A DNA stretch of 62,420 nt. It comes from a virus. Taxonomy: Duplodnaviria; Caudoviricetes. The position numbers were made by a program, and so were the translations under genes. The stretch lies in the IMG/VR virus record IMGVR_UViG_3300033997_000134, positions 1 through 62,420 of that record, one strand, 5' to 3'. How positions within the stretch are numbered: position 1 is the first letter of the stretch; each line of letters begins with the position of its first letter. Of the stretch, positions 1-7,848 are shown piece after piece. Below the pieces are notes generated by a model. It made no database searches. It was not told the DNA's origin and saw only the letters and a list, made by a program, of their open reading frames with translations.

Positions 1-25
1 CTCTTTTTTCAACAGATCCAGCCCC

Positions 26-50
26 AGCCCGCCTCGCGCGGGCTTTTTTT
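26..50 (+). terminator. Intrinsic terminator
   Basis: GCCCGC-CTCGC-GCGGGC followed by T7. Confidence 0.75.
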
Positions 51-102
51 CGTCTGTGTGGTGTCTATCCATGGGGCGAAGTTAAGCGGACAACACAAAA
101 AG

Positions 103-145
103 TAGCGATACGCTATTGACACTAAATATAGCGCAGCGCTACATT
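103..145 (+). promoter_or_regulatory. pL-like early promoter with two repressor operators
   Basis: TTGACA(116-121)-18 nt-TACATT(140-145). Palindromes TAGCGATACGCTA (103-115) and TAGCGCAGCGCTA (129-141) match those between cro and cI. Confidence 0.85.
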
Positions 146-149
146 AGAC

Positions 150-600
150 CCATCGCAGCAACACAACCAATCACGAGATGCATGTGCCGCGATGGGTGCC
201 AAGTGATCGAGCCAGCACCGACAAGCTCTTGCAGTGGGCACGTCTGGGTAAATCAGTGCCGTCGCGGGCTGACGCGACAAAGTGAATCAGCCGGTGCAAA
301 GGCTAGTAGCGCTCTGCCCCCGGATGGGACAAGCAACGCGAACGAGATAGGCCAGCGAATGCATGCCGGACTTGAGCCGTCAGCAGTCGCAATGGCCACC
401 GCACTGCGAACCAGCCCCTGGGTCAAAAGTACGGGGGTGAGGCATTCGGGGATGCCAAGAACAGAAAAGCCCACTGCTGGCGCGCACGCACCGCCAGCCG
501 CCTACCTCTGAGCGCATCAGAGGGGAAACACAAGCGCATTCCAGAGAGCGCGCTTTTGTTTCAAACGGCGATTGCAGCACGCCCCCTTGCTGCTTTTTTC
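150..600 (+). ncRNA. Putative structured leader RNA
   Basis: About 460 nt without a convincing ORF. Long-range pair GCAGTGGGC(231-239)/GCCCACTGC(469-477) plus many local hairpins. Confidence 0.45.
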
Positions 601-611
601 ATCTAATTGAT

Positions 612-1208
612 ATGAGCAATCAACAAGCCATGACCGAATTCGACTACATCGTGGTGGTGGATGCCTCCGGCTCCATGACTACAGAGGACGTTAAAGGCCG
701 CAGCCGCTGGGAAGCCATGCAGGAGACAGTGGGTCAATTCGCCCGTGATGTGGTCAAGCTCGATAGCGATGGCATCGCTCTGGTGGTGTTCAACGGCCAA
801 GCAGTCACTTCGTATGACGGTGTGGATGCCAAGAAAGTCGATGAAGTGTTTGCAAGCACCCGTCCACGCAACAGCACCCCACTGGCCGAGGCGCTGACCG
901 AAGCCCTCAAGCTGGCGGGCAAGTCCGACAAGAAGGACTTCATCATCGTGTTCACAGACGGCGTTCCAGACGACAAGGCTGCAGCTGCCAAGGTGATCGT
1001 GGACGCGGCCAACAAGCAGGAAACCGACGACGCGCTGACCATCCTGTTTGTCCAGGTGGGCCACGATGCAGCCGCCACCGCTTACCTGCGTGAGCTGGAT
1101 GACAACCTCAAGGGCGCGAAGTTCGACATTGTGGACGCCAAGACCGTGGACGAAGCCGAAGCCTTTGCCACCACTGCCGATCTGGTGCTGGCGGCCATCG
1201 CTGACTAA
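612..1208 (+). CDS. von Willebrand factor A (MIDAS) domain protein
   Basis: VVVDASGSM (DxSxS), STPL, VFTDG motifs; 198 aa. Confidence 0.88.
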   Translation: MSNQQAMTEFDYIVVVDASGSMTTEDVKGRSRWEAMQETVGQFARDVVKLDSDGIALVVFNGQAVTSYDGVDAKKVDEVFASTRPRNSTPLAEALTEALKLAGKSDKKDFIIVFTDGVPDDKAAAAKVIVDAANKQETDDALTILFVQVGHDAAATAYLRELDDNLKGAKFDIVDAKTVDEAEAFATTADLVLAAIAD

Positions 1209-1211
1209 TCA

Positions 1212-1331
1212 ATGATCGACCTGATCATTTTGATCGTGCTGCTGGTAATTTTTGCCAGCGGCTTTTGGTGCGGCCAGAAGTACCGCACTCTTGACGCCCT
1301 GAAAACGGCCTTCAAAAACTTGTTCAAGTAA
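1212..1331 (+). CDS. Small single-TM protein (39 aa)
   Basis: MIDLIILIVLLVIFASGFWCGQKYRTLDALKTAFKNLFK, starting 3 nt after the vWA stop; below the ORF-track cut-off. Confidence 0.65.
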   Translation: MIDLIILIVLLVIFASGFWCGQKYRTLDALKTAFKNLFK

Positions 1332-1423
1332 TCCCGAGCCCGCGCACTGCGGGCAATCCATAGCATCCACGCGGGTGCTGCGGATTGCCATTGAACCTAC
1401 TGCCGCAAGGAGGCGGCCAGCAC

Positions 1424-1699
1424 ATGAAAACCCTCGGTGAAAAGTTCGACATTGACCAGATCAAAAACCGCCTGCGCAGCGTGATTGCAGAGCAGCTGGG
1501 CGTAAAGCCTGAAACCGTGACAGACAGCACCACATTGGTGGATGACCTGGGCGCGGATTCGCTGGATGCCGTGGAGATCGTGATGGCCGTCGAAGATGAA
1601 TTTGCGCTGGAAATCACAGACGAATCTGCAGAGCCGTTCAAGAACGGAACCATTCAGAGCATGGCCGAAGCACTCAGCAAAGCAGAAATCAACGATTAG
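1424..1699 (+). CDS. acpP: Acyl carrier protein homolog
   Basis: [20 protein letters not shown] phosphopantetheine motif; AAGGAGG RBS upstream. Confidence 0.9.
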   Translation: MKTLGEKFDIDQIKNRLRSVIAEQLGVKPETVTDSTTLVDDLGADSLDAVEIVMAVEDEFALEITDESAEPFKNGTIQSMAEALSKAEIND

Positions 1700-1704
1700 C
1701 AACC

Positions 1705-1890
1705 CCAGATAGCCCCGAAAAGTCTAGGGGGGAGCGAGGGGTAAGTCGCTCCAGTTCCAGCGGGAAGCTGCCGCTTGACGACCAGCGCTGTGCTGCATGG
1801 TGATGCAGTGCGCCTCTTACAAGACAGAGGAAAACGGGGGGAGCACGACCCGTCCGTCCATCCCAGCGACGTTAAAGGCTGGGGCTTTCG
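1705..1890 (+). ncRNA. Putative structured RNA (run of six hairpins)
   Basis: Consecutive stems at 1731-1752, 1759-1775, 1793-1808, 1813-1830, 1834-1853 and 1862-1883. Confidence 0.4.
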
Positions 1891-1905
1891 CCACCCACTC
1901 AGAAC

Positions 1906-2142
1906 ATGCCCAAACAACCTGCACCACCAAAACTGTCCTGGCGCGTCACGCAAACCGGAACGCACCATTGCCACCTCAACCAAAGCACCTGGGTCACCGT
2001 GCGTGACAGCGGCACTTATGTGAAACAGATCCGCTGGTTTGAAGGCTGCGGCCTGACGCCGCATGAAATGGTTTTTTCCAGTATGGTCGTAGCCAAGGCG
2101 AATGCAGAGATATGGCTGCGGCAGCAATCACCACGGAGTTAG
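1906..2142 (+). CDS. Hypothetical protein
   Basis: 78-aa ORF on the operon strand. Confidence 0.5.
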   Translation: MPKQPAPPKLSWRVTQTGTHHCHLNQSTWVTVRDSGTYVKQIRWFEGCGLTPHEMVFSSMVVAKANAEIWLRQQSPRS

Positions 2143-2205
2143 AAATGCACTGATGGCCCGCGCGTGCCCAACGCGCCGCCGATCCCCTGCAGGCGTAAAG
2201 CAGGG

Positions 2206-2308
2206 CCATCACAAAGGCATGCTCAGGTAGCCTACCAGCCGAGATCATGATGAAGCGCGCCCAAGGAGCAAGTGGCCGATTAAAGATCAGAGCATGCCTT
2301 TGTGATGG
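2206..2308. repeat. Perfect 19-bp inverted repeat enclosing 65 nt
   Basis: CCATCACAAAGGCATGCTC (2206-2224) / GAGCATGCCTTTGTGATGG (2290-2308). Confidence 0.9.
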
Positions 2309-2485
2309 TGGTTAGCGATTGCATTGCGCAATCCAGAACGAAGGCGAAAGCCAGGTCGAACACGCAGCCATCAACTTTTACAGCCGGGCAGTGGGTATAT
2401 CTCCTCCCTCCCCTATCTGCTTCCCATTGCAGGCCTTCGGGCACCGGCTTTCTTTTTTTGTGGGGTTCACTTGCGTGGACTGTTT

Positions 2486-2520
2486 GCCCGCTGTGCAGCA
2501 ATGTGCAGCGGGCTTTTTCT
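2486..2520 (+). terminator. Intrinsic terminator-like hairpin
   Basis: GCCCGCTG...CAGCGGGC followed by TTTTTCTT. Confidence 0.65.
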
Positions 2521-2540
2521 TGCCAATACATACATCTGCC

Positions 2541-3230
2541 ATGAATACCGAAAAAGCCCGGCGCGCTGAAATTGAGCAGCAGTTTCTGGAAAACACAGCC
2601 CAGCACACCATGCGCGTGCTGCATGAAGATGGCGTGTACCGCCACTTGAGCTTTACCAATAATGGCTCCAGCGTCTATCGCTTTGATCTGGTGACATACC
2701 CTGGCCACCTTGTTTATTCGGGTGACATGGGTTGCTTTGTCTTTCAGCGGCTATTCGATATGTTTGAGTTTTTCCGCTGCGACCGCAAAAACGATGATGG
2801 CTTGCACATCAACGCCGGTTACTGGGCAGAAAAGCTGCAGGCCGTGGACGGGCAGCGCCACCATGGCAGAGCCACCGAGTTTAATCACGACAAGTTCCGC
2901 CGCATTGTCAATGAAACCCGCATTCTGTGGATGCGTAATGCCAAATATGACAACATGCTGGACAAAGCGCAGCGCCGCCAGCTGTGGGAAGCTGTCGATG
3001 ACGAGGTGCTGTGCCATGCAGGCGAGCACGATGATGGTTGTCGTGCGCTGCATGCTGCGCATGAGTTTGCCTGGCGACCAGACTTGGACTATTCGCGCAG
3101 CAGCTGGGGCTTCTGTGATTTATGGGAGATCGATTTCACTCGCCCTACCCACACATTCCTATGGTGCTGCTATGCGCTGGCCTGGGGAATCAAGCAGTAC
3201 GACATAGCAAAATCTGCAGTTCCGGCCTAA
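2541..3230 (+). CDS. Conserved phage hypothetical protein
   Basis: 229 aa from ATG 2541; YRFDLVTYPGHLVYSGDMG...INAGYWAEKL resembles a phage early-region family. Confidence 0.75.
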   Translation: MNTEKARRAEIEQQFLENTAQHTMRVLHEDGVYRHLSFTNNGSSVYRFDLVTYPGHLVYSGDMGCFVFQRLFDMFEFFRCDRKNDDGLHINAGYWAEKLQAVDGQRHHGRATEFNHDKFRRIVNETRILWMRNAKYDNMLDKAQRRQLWEAVDDEVLCHAGEHDDGCRALHAAHEFAWRPDLDYSRSSWGFCDLWEIDFTRPTHTFLWCCYALAWGIKQYDIAKSAVPA

Positions 3231-3407
3231 AACGCACCAAGAAACCGCAATGCCTGCCCCTTGAACCCAGGGGGCAGTTGTGGCGGCTGCAAATCTCAAA
3301 CACGGGCATTGGAGCGCCTTCGTAAGCGATTGCGCAGCCCGCCACCCTATTCTTGACCCACATTCAACCCACCTCGCGTGGGTTTTTTTGTTTCTGGAGA
3401 CACCAGC

Positions 3408-3542
3408 ATGCGATTCATCGTCAAGTTTGGAAAGAAAGTGATCCCCAACGTCGCATTTCCCGACAACCGTTCTGCCCGCGCCTGGGCTGATGCCTGCTTT
3501 CCTGGCCGTCCTGCATGCAGTGTCATTGGCATCAAGGACTGA
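3408..3542 (+). CDS. Small hypothetical protein (44 aa)
   Basis: GGAGA RBS; MRFIVKFGKKVIPNVAFPDNRSARAWADACFPGRPACSVIGIKD. Confidence 0.6.
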   Translation: MRFIVKFGKKVIPNVAFPDNRSARAWADACFPGRPACSVIGIKD

Positions 3543-3603
3543 TTCCTCCTGCACCACCACCAAGCCCGCCACTGAGCGGGCTTTTTTGTTTCAGGAGTTC
3601 GCC

Positions 3604-3690
3604 GTGCTCAAAACCATCGCCACCTGGGTGCTGACTGCCATCGGAACCCTTGCCTTTTTAACTCTGCAGGCCGTGCTTGACGGCAGATAA
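3604..3690 (+). CDS. Very small hydrophobic protein (28 aa)
   Basis: AGGAG RBS, GTG start, TM-like sequence. Confidence 0.5.
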   Translation: MLKTIATWVLTAIGTLAFLTLQAVLDGR

Positions 3691-3704
3691 ACAGGAATAA
3701 AAAT

Positions 3705-4196
3705 ATGCTTGCCAAAACAAGAACGGATCATCAAATAACATTTGCTATAAATATCAGCTTGGAGATTTTGCGTTTAGAAAATATTTATAAAGATAATCGA
3801 AAAAAAGCAGCAGAAATACGCCGCGAGGCAAAATCCACAAAAGTTAAGTCTGATGCTTTTGCTATGCGCAAGAAAGCCACATCATTGAGCAATGAGGCTG
3901 CAGACGCGAAAAAGAAATTGGCAAAAGAAAAGAAAGAGTTTCTGGAAACGGCCAGCACAGCACTGCGTCTGATAACACAAAGAATGCCTGATACGTGGAC
4001 GCAGTGGGGAGTGGTCAAAACACGCGCTTACACGAATTTAATTTCATTGGCAGCAGCGCAATTAAACCGCGTGAAAGTTGATGAACAACTTGTTGCTACT
4101 GCACTGGAAGGCATAAAAACCCATGAAACATGGAGCAACCGGCAAATAAGCCATTTCGCAGTCCTTAAGGCCACCAGCAAAACAATCAACGTTTAA
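3705..4196 (+). CDS. Basic coiled-coil hypothetical protein (AT-rich gene)
   Basis: 163-aa ORF with AGGA RBS, directly upstream of rdgC. Confidence 0.7.
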   Translation: MLAKTRTDHQITFAINISLEILRLENIYKDNRKKAAEIRREAKSTKVKSDAFAMRKKATSLSNEAADAKKKLAKEKKEFLETASTALRLITQRMPDTWTQWGVVKTRAYTNLISLAAAQLNRVKVDEQLVATALEGIKTHETWSNRQISHFAVLKATSKTINV

Positions 4197-4199
4197 AAA

Positions 4200-5141
4200 A
4201 TGTTCAAGAATTTAATCATTTATCGAATTGCTGCGCTGTGGTCTGCAAATCTGACACAGGTTGAAGAAGCTCTGCAAAAGTCGCCTTTCATGCCTTGTGG
4301 TGCCACGCAGGAAAAGTCTGCAGGCTGGGTGCCGCCACGCGGGGAAGCCCATGGTGCGCTGGCGGAAAGCGTGGGCGGGCAGTGGATGCTGCGCTTTATG
4401 AGTGAATCCAAAATGTTGCCTGCCAGCGTGCTCAACCGTAAGGTGCAGGAAAAAGCCGATGCGATTGAAAAGGAGTTTGGCCGCAAGCCGGGCAAAAAAG
4501 AAAAGCGTGACCTCAAGGACGAGGCCAAGCTGGATCTGCTGCCCATGGCTTTTACCAAGCAGTCCAGCATGTGGGTGTGGATCGATCCGCAGGCCCACTT
4601 TCTGGTGCTGGATACAGGGGCTCAGGGCAAGGCCGACGAGGTGGTCACGCTGCTGGTGGAAAGCCTGCATGGCTTTGGCGTGGCATTGCTGGATACGCAG
4701 ACCAGCGCCACGGCTGCCATGGCGCATTGGCTGGTCACGCAGGAGCCTCCTGCGGGTTTCAGCATTGACCGCGAGTGCGAGCTGAAAGCGTGCGATGAAA
4801 GCAAGGCCGTGGTGAAGTATGGCCGCCACCCGCTGGACATTGACGAGGTGAAACACCACATCGAGCACGGCAAGCTGCCTACCAAGCTGGCCATGACCTG
4901 GGACGACCGTGTGAGCTTTGTGCTGACGGACAGCCTGCAGATCAAAAAGATTGGCTTTACCGACACGGTGCTGGATCAGGCCGGTGATGAAGGCGGCTTT
5001 GACACCGATGTGGCGATTGCCACGGGCGAGTTGAGCAAGCTGATTCCCGACTTGATCGAAGCGCTGGGTGGCGAAGGCCGTACTCAAGCCACTGGACGGG
5101 AAGGCTGCCAGAAGTCAAAGCTGCACTGGCGCGCGAACTGA
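4200..5141 (+). CDS. rdgC: Recombination-associated protein RdgC
   Basis: MFKNLIIYRI...SAGWVPP...KMLPASV...LLPMAFT...KLAMTWDDRVSFVL. Confidence 0.93.
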   Translation: MFKNLIIYRIAALWSANLTQVEEALQKSPFMPCGATQEKSAGWVPPRGEAHGALAESVGGQWMLRFMSESKMLPASVLNRKVQEKADAIEKEFGRKPGKKEKRDLKDEAKLDLLPMAFTKQSSMWVWIDPQAHFLVLDTGAQGKADEVVTLLVESLHGFGVALLDTQTSATAAMAHWLVTQEPPAGFSIDRECELKACDESKAVVKYGRHPLDIDEVKHHIEHGKLPTKLAMTWDDRVSFVLTDSLQIKKIGFTDTVLDQAGDEGGFDTDVAIATGELSKLIPDLIEALGGEGRTQATGREGCQKSKLHWRAN

Positions 5142-5154
5142 CAGCCGAACTGAA

Positions 5155-5205
5155 ATAAAAAAGTAGCTATCAACGCTTGCCAGACAAGCGCTAGAGCGCA
5201 TTTTG
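5155..5205. repeat. REP-like palindrome, probably host-derived
   Basis: AAAAGTAGCTATCAACGCTTGCCAGACAAGCGCTAGAG with core CGCTTG-CCAGA-CAAGCG; resembles, from memory, Comamonadaceae intergenic repeats. Confidence 0.5.
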
Positions 5206-5258
5206 TGCAATCACAGCCCGCCACCGTGCGGGCTTTCTTTTTTCTTCAAGGAGTATTT

Positions 5259-5858
5259 ATGCATGTCGCACGCATTCAAACTGCTCATTTCCACTTTGCA
5301 CCAGGAGCAAGCTCGAAAGCCATCGCCAGTCTTGAACGCGCCATGCAAAACATTGGGCGCACAGACGGAGCCACTTCCCAGCCCGTAAAAGCCATCAGCA
5401 CCCTGCCAACGATCGGTGAGTATTGGGAAGGCCAAGGCGGCTTCTTTGCTGGCGACTTCCGCGCAGATGACGGAACGGTCTATGGCTTGATCGTGGCCGA
5501 CTGCGGCACCGTGCAAGACGCAGGCCGCGCCCGCCATTGCGAAAACGGAAAGCGCGACCTGTCGCAGTGGGATGGATTGGATAACACGCAGCGCCTCAAG
5601 AACGGCTGCCCAGCCGCCCAACTGGCCATCCAGCACAGCGCAGACGGTCATGGCGACTTTTACCTGCCTGCCCGCCGCGAGCTGCAGTTGGCATGCGCCA
5701 ACGTACCCCACCTCTTCGGCGGCGAGAGCTGGTACTGGAGCAGCACACCCCATAGCGACGACTACGCCTGGGCTGTCGACTTCGAGTACGGCCGCGCGCA
5801 CGACCGCTACCGGAGCACCGAGTTCCGTGTTCGCCCCTTCCGCAGATTCATCTATTGA
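5259..5858 (+). CDS. DUF1566/Lcl C-type-lectin-fold protein, DGR target-like (VR1)
   Basis: DFYLPARREL...WYWSST...AWAVDF...FRVRPFRRF; AAGGAG RBS. Confidence 0.85.
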   Translation: MHVARIQTAHFHFAPGASSKAIASLERAMQNIGRTDGATSQPVKAISTLPTIGEYWEGQGGFFAGDFRADDGTVYGLIVADCGTVQDAGRARHCENGKRDLSQWDGLDNTQRLKNGCPAAQLAIQHSADGHGDFYLPARRELQLACANVPHLFGGESWYWSSTPHSDDYAWAVDFEYGRAHDRYRSTEFRVRPFRRFIY

Positions 5859-6285
5859 TCTCTTCACCTCTTTCATCACCCATCAACCACAGGAGCATCC
5901 ACATGGGCACTACCCCTGAACTCAATCAAGCATGGCCTGAGCAGGGCGGCATCTTCGTTGGCACCCGCCTCATCAATGGCCAGGCGCACCACATCATCAT
6001 CCCCGGCGGCGTTGAGCACGATGCCAAAGGCGTGAAGTTTGATGACGCATCCGCAGCGATCCCCAAAGAACTCAACGGGCACAGTGACTGGCGCCTGCCT
6101 GAGAAAGAAGACTTGCAGCTGGCCTATATCAACAGCCGCGAACACTTCGAGCAAAAGGGCGTGGCCAGCCTGTACTGGTCCGGGACTGAAGAAGACGAAG
6201 ACTGGGCCTGGGCTGTCGACTTCGAGAGCGGCGACACGGACAACCGCTACCGGCACCGCGAGTTCCGTGTTCGCCCCTTCCGCAG
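5766..6285 (+). repeat. Pair of 80-nt DGR variable-repeat-like sequences
   Basis: 5766-5845 versus 6206-6285: 11 mismatches, all at codon positions 1 or 2 within 11 central codons. Confidence 0.85.
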
Positions 6286-6307
6286 TTTCCTCGCTTCATC
6301 GCTTTAA
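5903..6307 (+). CDS. DUF1566/Lcl C-type-lectin-fold protein, DGR target-like (VR2)
   Basis: DWRLPEKEDL...YWSGT...AWAVDF...FRVRPFRSF; AGGAG RBS. Confidence 0.85.
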   Translation: MGTTPELNQAWPEQGGIFVGTRLINGQAHHIIIPGGVEHDAKGVKFDDASAAIPKELNGHSDWRLPEKEDLQLAYINSREHFEQKGVASLYWSGTEEDEDWAWAVDFESGDTDNRYRHREFRVRPFRSFLASSL

Positions 6308-6364
6308 CTATTTGCGGGCATAGCCCGCCACCGTGCGGGCTTTTTTGCACCCGGAGATTGACCT

Positions 6365-6688
6365 ATGACCCACAAACTTTCACTCGAAGTTGAGCAGAAG
6401 ATCCGCACCTTGCACCGCGAAGGCAAGACCTGCCGCGCGATTGCAGACCAGCTGGGCATTGCTCACGGCACCGTGTGGAACCACGTCAGCCACGACAACA
6501 TCAGCATGAAGCTGGCCAGCAAGCCTGCAGTCGGCCCAAAAAGCGTGGTCAACGCGCTGCCGGTGATCACTTCCCAAACCAAGATCACGGTTTTCAAGAC
6601 CACCATCCCAGATCACGCACCGGTGCGCGCATCCACCTCACGCGGGATCTACAAGGGCGCCGAGCTGCACTACCGGGGGCGTGCATGA
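6365..6688 (+). CDS. HTH domain protein
   Basis: GKTCRAIADQLGIAHGTVWNHV. Confidence 0.75.
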   Translation: MTHKLSLEVEQKIRTLHREGKTCRAIADQLGIAHGTVWNHVSHDNISMKLASKPAVGPKSVVNALPVITSQTKITVFKTTIPDHAPVRASTSRGIYKGAELHYRGRA

Positions 6689-7191
6689 ACCGCGCTGAAC
6701 GTCGAAACGCAAAAAAGCAAGCAAAGCGCAAAGCAGCTGCGCCACGCAGACACTTTGATCTGCCAATCAATATACGCTTTTCCGAAAAAGAGGAAACAGA
6801 TTTGATGCTGGCACCCATGGTGTGCTTGGAAAACATGCGCGCTGGTGTCGGTGCAGAACAAGACTGGCACGGCCTCACCTTGCGGCTGAACTGGGCGAGA
6901 TTGCTTAACAAAGCCAACTTCCACGGTGGCGAGGAAGAAATAGCGGCGGCCCAGGCGGATCTGCTGGCCATCAAGCAGCGCGGCTGGAAAGTTGAAGCCG
7001 ACGAGTACGAGCGCATCCACACAGCGCTGGTGCTGTGCAACCAGATGCAAAAGGCCAGCACACGGCGCGAATTGCTGCAGTCCTTGCGGGCCACTTTTCT
7101 TGCCAATGAATACAAGCAAAAGATTCGGGCCATCAAAGACAGCATCGAGACACCCACTTATGAGTCCATCCCACGTGCGCTGGCGCATTGA
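6685..7191 (+). CDS. Hypothetical phage protein
   Basis: ATGA overlap with the previous gene; MNRAERR start. Confidence 0.7.
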   Translation: MNRAERRNAKKQAKRKAAAPRRHFDLPINIRFSEKEETDLMLAPMVCLENMRAGVGAEQDWHGLTLRLNWARLLNKANFHGGEEEIAAAQADLLAIKQRGWKVEADEYERIHTALVLCNQMQKASTRRELLQSLRATFLANEYKQKIRAIKDSIETPTYESIPRALAH

Positions 7192-7351
7192 GCGCCTGGA
7201 AGTGCTGCTGCGCACCATGTCGCGCCGCGATGCGCTGGAGGCAGTCGCAGCCGAAGAACGCCACCGGCCATGGGAGCAAGACCCACGGCCAGCGCCACCA
7301 CCGCTGCCCATGGGTGGCCACTGGGGGCTCAATCCACAAGGAACACCATGA
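7160..7351 (+). CDS. Hypothetical protein
   Basis: 63 aa, coupled to the next gene by ATGA. Confidence 0.5.
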   Translation: MSPSHVRWRIERLEVLLRTMSRRDALEAVAAEERHRPWEQDPRPAPPPLPMGGHWGLNPQGTP

Positions 7352-7572
7352 ATCCCGCTGAAATCCGTGAAACCGATGTGCTGCGTGAGCTGGTTAACGC
7401 CATCTGCAACGATCAGCGCGTACCCGCAGACCTGCGCGAGAAGGCCAAGGTACTGGCCATCGGCATTGGGGGTCTGATTGAACGCAATTACGCCAACAAA
7501 CGGCGTATCGAGGGGCTGCGCCAGCGCCTCAAGGATCTCGCCCCCGAGGAACCCGCCACTGAGCGGGTTTAG
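7348..7572 (+). CDS. Hypothetical protein
   Basis: AAGGA RBS, 74 aa. Confidence 0.65.
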   Translation: MNPAEIRETDVLRELVNAICNDQRVPADLREKAKVLAIGIGGLIERNYANKRRIEGLRQRLKDLAPEEPATERV

Positions 7573-7593
7573 TTTTTTCTGAGCCTTATCACC

Positions 7594-7839
7594 ATGTCAT
7601 CCACGACCGCCACCCACCCCAACGAACAGCGCCACAGCATCCATGAGGCAGAGCTGGCCCAGTGCAAAAAAGTGATTGCCGACATGCGCCATGCGCTGCA
7701 GGCCGCGCAAACAGGCCTGGAGTCTGCCGTCAAACGCGCCATCAAAAGCGATGTGGGCCTGCCCGTCAATGCAACTGCGGAGTACCAGGCACTGGTCACC
7801 GTCATCACCATCAACAAGAGCTACGCATCACTTATCTAA
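7594..7839 (+). CDS. Hypothetical protein
   Basis: 81-aa ORF in the operon. Confidence 0.6.
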   Translation: MSSTTATHPNEQRHSIHEAELAQCKKVIADMRHALQAAQTGLESAVKRAIKSDVGLPVNATAEYQALVTVITINKSYASLI

Positions 7840-7848
7840 GGCCCACCC

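Larger units (their letters stand above)
5215..6343 (+). repeat. 22-bp direct repeat (hairpin/terminator) bracketing the two DUF1566 genes
   Basis: AGCCCGCCACCGTGCGGGCTTT at 5215-5236 and 6322-6343. Confidence 0.9.

Noticed and set aside
116-511. 131-aa ORF
   Set aside because: Its TTG start is the -35 box of pL, it has no RBS, and its composition is not protein-like.
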